DNA from: an uncultured Planctomycetia bacterium
GTDB taxonomy: Bacteria > Omnitrophota > Gorgyraeia > Tantalellales > Tantalellaceae
Length of the DNA stretch: 64,000 nucleotides
Reading direction: 5' to 3'
NCBI GenBank assembly: GCA_964527555.1
Contig: CAZGOG010000006.1
Coordinates: forward strand, 276-64,275
The position numbers and the translations under genes are program-made. Of the stretch, positions 56,586-64,000 are shown piece by piece (positions within the stretch are counted from its first letter, which is position 1; each line of letters starts with the position of its first letter). The notes beneath the pieces were generated by a model. The model made no database searches and was not told the DNA's origin. It was given only the letters and a program-made list of their open reading frames with translations.

Positions 56586-56590
56586 ACTTC

Positions 56591-56634
56591 GTTCTTAAAT
56601 TCACAAATATAATACTTTTATACCGGGATGTCAA
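56591..56634 (-). promoter_or_regulatory. Candidate sigma70 promoter of the rex-hydrogenase operon (TTGACA-N17-TATATT), with a Rex half-site (TTGTGAA) overlapping the -10/TSS
   Basis: Read directly on the minus strand. The -35 is at plus 56629-56634 and the -10 at 56606-56611. TTGTGAATTTAAGAAC lies at 56591-56606. Confidence 0.45.
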
Positions 56635-56694
56635 GAGGAAAATAAAAAGAATTTTTAGAAGATTGACTGCGGGAAAGAGCTATAGATGCTTCTT

Positions 56695-58545
56695 TTATCC
56701 TTTACCGAAACGTTTCCTTTGAGCCAGAAGTATTATGTTACGCAGGTCCTCCCCGTCTTTCGCGTTTATCCATTTATTCTCGAAAGTCGGGTCCTGTGCG
56801 ATCTGGGCGATAGCCGATAGCGCTCTTAAATGGAAGTTCCTTTCATCCCGCGTACCCGCTATCACAAAAACCATATGAACTTTTTGATCCGCCTCGGGGA
56901 ACACAATACCTTCCTTACAACGCGCAAGCAGTATAAGGAACCTGTGATCACCCTCGATTATTATGTGAGGTATGGCTAAACCGGGGCTCAAGACGGTGCT
57001 GCTTTGCTCTTCCCTGTCCAGTAATAGCCTGAGAATGACCAGATCTTTGATGCCGAGTTTTTGTGACATTTTCTCCGCCGCCAGCTTGAAAAATTCACCC
57101 GACGGCAGGGATTTATCGATGTCCAGAACGATTGCTTCTTCGATTATCCCGTCAAACCTGTCTTTTATTATTTCGTCTCTTTCACGGATTATTTCTCTTA
57201 GTTCCGACTCCAAAGAAAGGTCCACGAACTCTCTTGCCGCTACTCTTTCAATAAGATGCAAAAGAGCAAAATCTTTTTTTGTCCTTTGACGCCCGTAAAA
57301 CCAGAATACAGCTATCCCGCATGCAAAAAGGATAGAGCTTATAAAAAGAGCTTCTTTTCCCATATTAACCACTAAGAGCCAGCAACCGAAAACGCCTATA
57401 ATCTGCAGCCAGGGATATAAAGGCGCACGGAACTGGGGCTGATAATTCTTCACGCCGCTTTCTCTCATTATAATCACACAGATACATGACAAGATAAAAG
57501 TAAAGATAAGAACGGTAGAGGCCACCTCCACCAGTATCTTTAGATCCAGAAAAAGCGCAGCGATCATGATAATACCTGTTGCGAGTATAGCAACGTCCGG
57601 AGTCTTAAAGGTGCGGTTGATACTTCCGAATAAGTTTGGCAAGAGGCCATCCCGGCTTAACGCCAGAGGATACCTGGAAGCGGACATGATCCCGGCATTT
57701 ACGGTTGATACGAACGCCAGGATAGCCGCAATACCGAGTGCAATTTTCCCTGCTGCACCCATAAAAACAACCGCGCCGTCGGAAATGGGAGTAAGCGAGT
57801 GATCAAGCTGCTCGGCTCCCAGCACACCGGAGGTCACAAAAATGACCAGCGTGTAAAGTATACTAACTGAGGCAAAAGACAATATCATCCCCATCGGCAC
57901 AACTTTACCCGGATTTTTTACCTCTTCCGCAATACTGGCAACCTTTAATAGCCCTCCATATGAGATAAACACAAATCCCGCGGTAGAAAATATCGCAGCT
58001 ATTCCCCGCGGCGCAAAAGGCGTAAAGTTCTGGATTTTGACTTCCGGCAGGCCGCGTATCCCGTAAAAAATAAGCAATGCCAGGAGCACAACTACGATAA
58101 AAACCTGGACCCTGCCTGCTTCCTTTATACCGATAAAATTGATAACAAGGAAGAAGATACAAAATATCACACCCAGTATATGCACATCAATATTCGAAAA
58201 AAGACTCGCAAAAGCGGCCATACCGACAAGCGCAAACGCACCTTTTAAAGATACGGATAGCCACGTTAAAAGCCCGTTAATTGTCGCAACCACAGGCCCC
58301 ATACTGCGTGCGACATAAAAATAAGTTCCCCCCGCCTTAGGCATCGCTGAAACCAGTTCCGCCTGGCTCAACATACCGGTCATCGCCAGTAACCCCGCTA
58401 AAAAATAGGAGACAACGACTGAAGGCCCTGCCAGGGCATGGGCTAACCCCGGCAGAATAAAAAGACCCGAGCTTATCATCGCGCCGGTCGCAACGCAAAA
58501 AACGTCTAAGAGGTTCAGTTCTTTTTTTAATTTTGGTTTTTCCAT
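56695..58545 (-). CDS. APC-superfamily amino acid permease fused to a C-terminal PTS EIIA-2 (PtsN/EIIA-Ntr-like) domain
   Basis: The N-terminal roughly 430 aa have 12 TM helices and an APC GGxYxY-like motif (PKAGGTYFYV). The C-terminal roughly 150 aa carry the EIIA-2 phosphohistidine motif (SPGLAIPHIIIEG). Confidence 0.7.
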   Translation of the reverse strand: MEKPKLKKELNLLDVFCVATGAMISSGLFILPGLAHALAGPSVVVSYFLAGLLAMTGMLSQAELVSAMPKAGGTYFYVARSMGPVVATINGLLTWLSVSLKGAFALVGMAAFASLFSNIDVHILGVIFCIFFLVINFIGIKEAGRVQVFIVVVLLALLIFYGIRGLPEVKIQNFTPFAPRGIAAIFSTAGFVFISYGGLLKVASIAEEVKNPGKVVPMGMILSFASVSILYTLVIFVTSGVLGAEQLDHSLTPISDGAVVFMGAAGKIALGIAAILAFVSTVNAGIMSASRYPLALSRDGLLPNLFGSINRTFKTPDVAILATGIIMIAALFLDLKILVEVASTVLIFTFILSCICVIIMRESGVKNYQPQFRAPLYPWLQIIGVFGCWLLVVNMGKEALFISSILFACGIAVFWFYGRQRTKKDFALLHLIERVAAREFVDLSLESELREIIRERDEIIKDRFDGIIEEAIVLDIDKSLPSGEFFKLAAEKMSQKLGIKDLVILRLLLDREEQSSTVLSPGLAIPHIIIEGDHRFLILLARCKEGIVFPEADQKVHMVFVIAGTRDERNFHLRALSAIAQIAQDPTFENKWINAKDGEDLRNIILLAQRKRFGKG

Positions 58546-58572
58546 ATAAACTCGATAGCTGCCGGTTTCATC

Positions 58573-60390
58573 CTACTTGCTGTTAATCGGCAAGAGCACA
58601 GTCGCGGTCGTCCCCTGCCCAAGTTTGCTCTTATATTTTATGTCACCCCCGTGGGCTTTGATTATACCGAAACATACCGATAGTCCCAGCCCCGTACCTT
58701 TTTCTTTGGTCGTAAAAAACGGTTCGAATATTTTCTCGATGTCATCCTGTGAGATACCTAGACCGGTATCAGTGAAATCAATCTGTATTTTATCATCATT
58801 TTCCGCGGTTGAAATCGTTATGGTACCCTTCTCGCCTATCGCTTCAGCCGCGTTTCTTAACAGGTTCATAAAGACTTCTTCGATCTGTTTCCCGTCTACT
58901 TTAACCGAAGGAAGGTCTTTAGCGAAGTTTTTTACTATCGTTATGTCGCTCAGCGTAAAACTATGTTCTACAAGGTTAATCATAAAATCTATCGTTTCAT
59001 TTATGTTGACTGTATGCATCTCCCCCCTGCTGGGCTTGGAGAACATAAGAAGGCGCTGAATGATACCTTTGGCGCGTTCACATTGATCCACGACAATTTT
59101 AAGGTTTTCCCTGATACCCTCGTTCTCGGGTGCTTCCATAAGAGAGAGTTCTGCCCTTCCCGAAACAATCTGCAGGGGATTATTCACCTCATGGGCCATG
59201 TGCGATATAAGTTTCCCGAGTTGCGCCAGTCTCTGCGCCTGTTCGACCTTCCGCCGTTCAGTCACATCCATTATCAGACCATCCCAGAGCATATCCCCGT
59301 TAGCTTGGCGTTCCGGCCGCGAAATACTGCGAAACCACCCTTCCTCCCCGCGGACAGTAATACGCCCTTCCCATATCCAGGGTGAAAGCGTCCTGGCCGC
59401 TTCTCTGGCCGAATTGTAAAACCTCTTAAGATCCTCAGGGTATATTAAACTCAGGAACCTATCCGCATCTTTTCGGATATCCGCAGGGTCAATCGCGAAA
59501 AGATCACGGCAGCTCTCGCTGACAAAAGAAAAGGATATAAACCCGTCCGGACTCATGAAAAACTGGTACACCAGACCCGGCACATTCGCCGCCATCCTGC
59601 GATAGTGCATCTCGCTGCTGCGCATAGCTTCTTCCGCGCGCATACCTTCGATCGTCTTTCCAAGACGCTGGCCCAAAGCGTTTATTAAAATCTTTTTACC
59701 ATGATGAAACTTATGCTCTTTGAATTCAGGCTTGTTCTTTTTGTAAAATACTTCAACGGTCCCTATCTCCTCTCCAAAGACTTTTATGGGCGCGGCGAGT
59801 TTCCATTTTGTTTCTTTGTAATTGGAAGTTTTAAATTCCTTGCCTTCAAAAACTATCCTAGCGCATATTATGCTTGAATCCTGCCATGCAGAAGGGACAA
59901 GTCCTACCGCTCTTTCAAGTAACTCTTCCGCTTTAGAAGACCCGGACTTCTCGGCAACGTTAAAAAGGCTATAAATGCAGTTAAGTTCTCTGACGCGTTC
60001 CCCCAGGTCGTAGTTGGACCGCTCAAGTATTTTTTTGCTTGCTAATAATTCCCGTTCACTGTTTTTTAACTGTTTTTGGCTGGCTGTAAGTTGTTTGCTG
60101 ACTGTCTCAAGTTGCTTTCCGCTATCATCAAGTTCCGCGAGACTGCCCCTCATTTTGCCCATGGCTTTTCCGAAAAGTACGTGATACCTGCTAGACAAGA
60201 ACCATCCGAACGTTAAAAGTATGAGAAATACGCTTACTCTTATATATAGTGCATGCGCGGGGACTTCCAGGATCAAAAGATCCCAGAAGCTTTTTTTATA
60301 GAAAAACATTGAACCGAATGCAGCGTCTATTATCCAGAAAAGCATCCCTCCAATCGCTGCAAGAAGAAGTATGATATATTTATTTCTCAT
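58573..60390 (-). CDS. PAS-domain sensor histidine kinase (membrane-anchored, with a coiled-coil)
   Basis: Has N-terminal TM helices, a PAS region, the H-box HMAHEVNNPLQ, and N, G1 and G2 boxes (NLLRNAAEA, DTGLGI, GTGLGLS). Confidence 0.85.
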   Translation of the reverse strand: MRNKYIILLLAAIGGMLFWIIDAAFGSMFFYKKSFWDLLILEVPAHALYIRVSVFLILLTFGWFLSSRYHVLFGKAMGKMRGSLAELDDSGKQLETVSKQLTASQKQLKNSERELLASKKILERSNYDLGERVRELNCIYSLFNVAEKSGSSKAEELLERAVGLVPSAWQDSSIICARIVFEGKEFKTSNYKETKWKLAAPIKVFGEEIGTVEVFYKKNKPEFKEHKFHHGKKILINALGQRLGKTIEGMRAEEAMRSSEMHYRRMAANVPGLVYQFFMSPDGFISFSFVSESCRDLFAIDPADIRKDADRFLSLIYPEDLKRFYNSAREAARTLSPWIWEGRITVRGEEGWFRSISRPERQANGDMLWDGLIMDVTERRKVEQAQRLAQLGKLISHMAHEVNNPLQIVSGRAELSLMEAPENEGIRENLKIVVDQCERAKGIIQRLLMFSKPSRGEMHTVNINETIDFMINLVEHSFTLSDITIVKNFAKDLPSVKVDGKQIEEVFMNLLRNAAEAIGEKGTITISTAENDDKIQIDFTDTGLGISQDDIEKIFEPFFTTKEKGTGLGLSVCFGIIKAHGGDIKYKSKLGQGTTATVLLPINSK

Positions 60391-60529
60391 GCTGTTTTCC
60401 TTGAGTTTTCGAAAAAACTTCCCTACCTTTTATAAGCGCATAATTATAGTAAGTTTAATTTCTCCCCCCACAATATATATTACCTTTATCCGGGCAATTT
60501 GCAAATAATTCGACGTGTGTGATCATCTT

Positions 60530-61009
60530 TTAGGTGGATGGGATATTCAGCGATTGCAGCACTTTCGCGGCAAAACCGCCCGCATTTTTTGAAGCCTCAA
60601 GAGGAGCCCACTCTGCAAAAGTTTTGTCCGTCTCTTCATCATATGGCCCGTCTTTTATCTCATAGAGAATAGACTCTTCCGCGAGGGGAATGAGCGAGTG
60701 CCACTTGCCGGAAGGGATTTCAACGCCGAAGTTGCCAATCTCAGGGTCCAGGATTATATAATCTTTTATTTGCCCGGTATCATCAAATTCGACGGCTAAA
60801 ACTCTCCCCTTTAAGATGATGAAAACTTCCCGTTTATCAGGTGCTTCATGCTTATGTGGCGGAAAATACGCGTCTCTTTCTATAACGTTTATCATCCTGT
60901 TTATGGGGTCGTGATAATCACCGTGAAAATTATAATTGCATCTTTTTCTTGGGGACTTTTTCGCTTTTTTCGAAAGTCCGTTTATGAGGTCATCTGTTAT
61001 TTTTTTCAT
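60530..61009 (-). CDS. Cupin-fold protein (WbuC-like)
   Basis: 159 aa with HGDYHDP...PPHKHE and a GxxxxIPSGxWH cupin motif. Confidence 0.5.
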   Translation of the reverse strand: MKKITDDLINGLSKKAKKSPRKRCNYNFHGDYHDPINRMINVIERDAYFPPHKHEAPDKREVFIILKGRVLAVEFDDTGQIKDYIILDPEIGNFGVEIPSGKWHSLIPLAEESILYEIKDGPYDEETDKTFAEWAPLEASKNAGGFAAKVLQSLNIPST

Positions 61010-61030
61010 CTCAGCTCTTAAAGTTATAAG

Positions 61031-62020
61031 TCAAAATTCCAGGTATTTCTTAATCTTAAGCTTTTTTGCCTTTTTATACACAAGATCAGCTATCGCGATA
61101 TCCTGTACCGCCAGACCCGTTGAATCGAAGACCGTGAGTTCCTTTTCCTTTGTCCTGCCCTTCTTTTCTCCGGCGGCTATTTCCCCGATATCAGCATATA
61201 TATCCTTCTTTGTTATCTGGCCTTTGGATAAAGGCACGTTTATCTCGCCGCTATGAAAAGCCTGGCCCCAGGCGTCTACCACAACTTTTGCTTTTTTTAA
61301 TATCTCCGGGGCAAGTTCCTGTTTACCTTTAGCGTCTGCCCCTATTGCATTTATATGCGCGCCTTCTGTAATCCATTCTAACCGTACAAGAGGTTTTCGG
61401 GAAGGCGTGGTTGTGACTATTATGTCGGCATCTTTTACACAGGACTTGACGCTGTCAGAAAGTTCTATTTTAGAAGGGATTAATTTTTGCATTTCTTTTT
61501 TAAAAGTACGTGCTTCTTTTCTTTCGGGACCCCACACTTTTACTTCTTTAATTTTAAAAAGCTTGTTTAGGCCTACTAGCTGCGTTTTTGCCTGTATGCC
61601 GCATCCTACAAGAGCAACTTTTTGCGAATTCTTTTTTGCAAGATATTTGGCGGCGACAGCTCCGGCTGCGCCCGTCCTCAGCGCGGTTGCATACGTGCCT
61701 TCCATAATGCAGAGAGGAAGGCCGTTTGACGGATCACTGAGTATTATTATCGCCATAACTGTCGGCAGGTTTTTCCTGCGGTTTCCCGGATGCACGTTTA
61801 CCCATTTGATACCGCACCTCTTGAGACCTTCAAGATATGCCGGCATGGCCCTAAAATCGCCGTTATATTTCTCGAGATGAACATAAATCTTAGGGGGCAT
61901 CTCCGCTTTTCCCTTTCCTGAAAATCTAAAGGCTTTCTCGACTGCCTTAATGGCGTCCTTTATAGTAACAATCTTTTCTACAATCCTGCCGCTGACAATC
62001 AAGGTTTTGTGCCTTTTCAT
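61031..62020 (-). CDS. Ornithine cyclodeaminase/mu-crystallin family protein
   Basis: 329 aa with a Rossmann GxGxxA motif (VALVGCGIQA) and overall OCD/AlaDH-archaeal-type similarity. Confidence 0.75.
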   Translation of the reverse strand: MKRHKTLIVSGRIVEKIVTIKDAIKAVEKAFRFSGKGKAEMPPKIYVHLEKYNGDFRAMPAYLEGLKRCGIKWVNVHPGNRRKNLPTVMAIIILSDPSNGLPLCIMEGTYATALRTGAAGAVAAKYLAKKNSQKVALVGCGIQAKTQLVGLNKLFKIKEVKVWGPERKEARTFKKEMQKLIPSKIELSDSVKSCVKDADIIVTTTPSRKPLVRLEWITEGAHINAIGADAKGKQELAPEILKKAKVVVDAWGQAFHSGEINVPLSKGQITKKDIYADIGEIAAGEKKGRTKEKELTVFDSTGLAVQDIAIADLVYKKAKKLKIKKYLEF

Positions 62021-62026
62021 AATCGG

Positions 62027-63466
62027 TTACTCCTCATAGATAAATCTAAAATCGCTCATAAGCCGGGGGTCGGGATTCCTTCGTATGTAATCGATATAGT
62101 ATTTTGCCGCACCTGCCATATAAGTCGAAGGATCGATTTCAATGACCTTCTGCAGCTCGCTATAAGCGCGGGAAGGCTCATTATAACTCAGGTAGTATGT
62201 GACTGCTAAGTTATAATGGGCTCTCTGGTCGTCGGGTTTCAGTTTTATTATCTTCCGGCATTCTATTATTACATCATCGTACCGCTTCATCGTAGAGTAC
62301 ATGTAGCTTATGTAATGAAGCGCAGAGACATAAAAATCGACCGTCTCTTCGTCCATTGCAGGAAGCATCTCCATCTTCTTCTTAAAGATGTTAAATTCAG
62401 CTATCGCTTTCACCGGTTTACGCTCAAAAACATACGCCCTTCCCAGAAAAAAATGAGCGAGGGGATAATCGGGGGCTCTCTGGGTAACTTTTCTAAACAG
62501 CCGAATGGCAGCCCTTCTTCTCTTTTTCTCCCAGTATATCTGGCCAAGCTGGGTTATAGCGGCATAATCGCCGGGATTAAGTGATATCCTTTTTCTGCAG
62601 ATATCCTCAGCCTCTTGCAGCTGCCCAGCCTCTATAAGAACTGATATATCTTTGTATGTCCTGGGAAGCGATTTTTTAATCTTTTCAAGTTCAAGCACTT
62701 CGCTGGAAGTTTTTTTGGCACCTTTTTGCATGTGCACCTCTATTGCCTTTTGATAAGACTCCTCTGCGTTATCAAAATCCCCTATAGCTACCTGGCAGTC
62801 AGCCAGAGCTTGACGAAGACGGACGTTTTCCGGATCTTCCTCTATCGCTTTTTCATAAGACTCTATGGCTTTATTATAAAACATGGCGGCATAATAAACG
62901 TCACCGGAAAGCGCATTCAGGCCCTCCATTTCCGGAACGTTTTCTTTTAGCCACATGATATGCGGCACCACGACAGCGGGATAATAATATTTTTCGCTTA
63001 AAAGCCTGTTTAAGACAGTAAAATGTGCTGTCACCATTTTCTGGTGGATACTGCCAGCGTCTTCTTCCGGCCGCTTCAAAAGATCATTAAGTTCTTCGAT
63101 GTTCTCTAAAAGATCGCGGTTTTTCTCGAAACTTGATATAGCATATGAAAGGGCTCTCGTTTCTTCCCCCTTTGTGCCTATTCCCTCGGCCTTCTTTAGA
63201 TACTCATATGCCTTTGTATATTCCATAAGACCGTAATGCCCCTGTCCAAGATCCATATATATCCGGGCCTCTTCCGGATAGACTTGAACTAATTCGTTTA
63301 AACCGGCAAGGCCCTCTTCGTACTTGCCATCCGCAACCATCTTATATTCGATTTCAGTTAACTCTTTCTGCCAAGCTTCTTCCTTGCCATAGGCGTCATT
63401 CGCCACTACTACTCTTGCCAAAAAAAACATTATAAAAAAAATAAACAATTTTTTCCCTGATAACAT
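62027..63466 (-). CDS. Secreted tetratricopeptide-repeat protein
   Basis: Has a signal peptide and multiple TPR-like A/Y/L-rich 34-residue repeats. Confidence 0.7.
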   Translation of the reverse strand: MLSGKKLFIFFIMFFLARVVVANDAYGKEEAWQKELTEIEYKMVADGKYEEGLAGLNELVQVYPEEARIYMDLGQGHYGLMEYTKAYEYLKKAEGIGTKGEETRALSYAISSFEKNRDLLENIEELNDLLKRPEEDAGSIHQKMVTAHFTVLNRLLSEKYYYPAVVVPHIMWLKENVPEMEGLNALSGDVYYAAMFYNKAIESYEKAIEEDPENVRLRQALADCQVAIGDFDNAEESYQKAIEVHMQKGAKKTSSEVLELEKIKKSLPRTYKDISVLIEAGQLQEAEDICRKRISLNPGDYAAITQLGQIYWEKKRRRAAIRLFRKVTQRAPDYPLAHFFLGRAYVFERKPVKAIAEFNIFKKKMEMLPAMDEETVDFYVSALHYISYMYSTMKRYDDVIIECRKIIKLKPDDQRAHYNLAVTYYLSYNEPSRAYSELQKVIEIDPSTYMAGAAKYYIDYIRRNPDPRLMSDFRFIYEE

Positions 63467-63476
63467 TCTGCGTCCC

Positions 63477-63998
63477 TCAATATTTGAATATCAAATAATC
63501 AATAAAACCCATCCCGACAGAAACCAGATTAAAAATGTGGTGTAAAAGTATCGCAAACATTGTCGAGCCCGATCTGGCTTTGGCGTAAGTGATCACCACG
63601 CTAAGAACAAAGATAACCCCCATAAACGCGTATTCCTCTCTTATCTGCGGATAGTGCGCAAACGTAAAAAGAATAGAAGTAAATATTATCGCGGGATATA
63701 TTCCCATATATCTGTTTAATGCCGGGTATAAAAAACCCCTGAAAAGAACTTCTTCCACAAAAGGCGCCACAAATAAAACTGACAATATTATAACAATATT
63801 ACCGATAATCTTGGCTTCTATAAACACCGAATTAAACGGTATATTAGGTACCAGCGGATTCATCCTGCAAATAATCTGTGCTATTATGCAGCCTGCAAGA
63901 TAGAGCGGCAGCCCCACTGCCCAGAAGTTGGGAAGCTTACCGGGAAAAACAACGGTCTTCCAAAAGGATACTCTTCGCAAAAGAACAAGAATCATCAA
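63477..63998 (-). CDS. CPBP-family intramembrane metalloprotease (CAAX protease/Abi), N-terminus probably beyond the window edge
   Basis: Has motif 1 EEVLFRGFLY, motif 2 FTFAH and a downstream HHxxN-like motif (HHIFN). The ORF runs to the window end. Confidence 0.7.
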   Translation of the reverse strand: MMILVLLRRVSFWKTVVFPGKLPNFWAVGLPLYLAGCIIAQIICRMNPLVPNIPFNSVFIEAKIIGNIVIILSVLFVAPFVEEVLFRGFLYPALNRYMGIYPAIIFTSILFTFAHYPQIREEYAFMGVIFVLSVVITYAKARSGSTMFAILLHHIFNLVSVGMGFIDYLIFKY

Positions 63999-64000
63999 AA

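Overview
This 64 kb window reads as ordinary chromosomal DNA from an anaerobic bacterium. Coding density is high and, from about 5.6 kb to the end, almost every gene is on the minus strand. I found no tRNA or rRNA genes, no CRISPR array and no transposase or integrase genes. The content falls into five blocks:

1. 0.2-11 kb: housekeeping genes. These include a membrane PP2C phosphatase, a polyprenyl synthase followed by ispH, pabA/pabB-like genes, a PAP2 phosphatase, several hydrolases and oxidoreductases, a family 2 glycosyltransferase and class II fba.

2. 11-19.8 kb: a thiol and O2-detoxification island on the minus strand. It runs Rrf2 regulator, permease, TlpA, CcdA, Ogg, a split ferritin-like pair, trxB, glutaredoxin, a rubrerythrin-like protein, rubrerythrin, desulfoferrodoxin, flavodiiron protein, then a rubredoxin gene missed by the ORF track because it is under 60 aa. 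Upstream is a 760 bp regulatory region carrying two near-identical promoter-plus-palindrome modules. One drives a 27-aa Cys-rich ORF ahead of rubredoxin. The other drives a 57-aa ORF that resembles the C-terminal glycyl-radical tail of class III ribonucleotide reductase (NrdD).

3. 19.8-36.8 kb: a nitrogen-assimilation cluster. It contains gdhA, a lipoprotein, an 857-aa PEP/pyruvate-binding (PPDK_N) domain protein, gltD, gltB, a standalone Fis-type HTH protein, glnK, amt, an outer-membrane barrel protein, a GAF-ANTAR antiterminator and type III glutamine synthetase. The leaders of the Fis-gltBD operon and of the glutamine synthetase gene both carry terminator-like attenuator hairpins.

4. 37-39.3 kb: a secreted glycoside hydrolase.

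5. 39.4-56.6 kb: the most unusual system, a roughly 17 kb single-strand operon. It starts with rex and a Rex operator that I could read directly. It then encodes an AsrAB/HydBG-type NAD(P)H-binding module, a polyferredoxin, a four-subunit group-4 [NiFe] hydrogenase core, a PhoU-like protein, a complete Mrp antiporter module (MrpA-G), a NuoI-like subunit, a maturation protease, and a minimal Hyp set. That Hyp set has a HypA nickel-binding domain only, a HypF C-terminal domain only, HypC, HypD and HypE, with no HypB.

Downstream are an APC permease fused to a PtsN-like EIIA domain, a PAS histidine kinase, a cupin, an ornithine cyclodeaminase-family gene, a TPR protein and a partial CPBP protease. 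All functional calls rest on motifs I recognised by eye; none was confirmed by database search.
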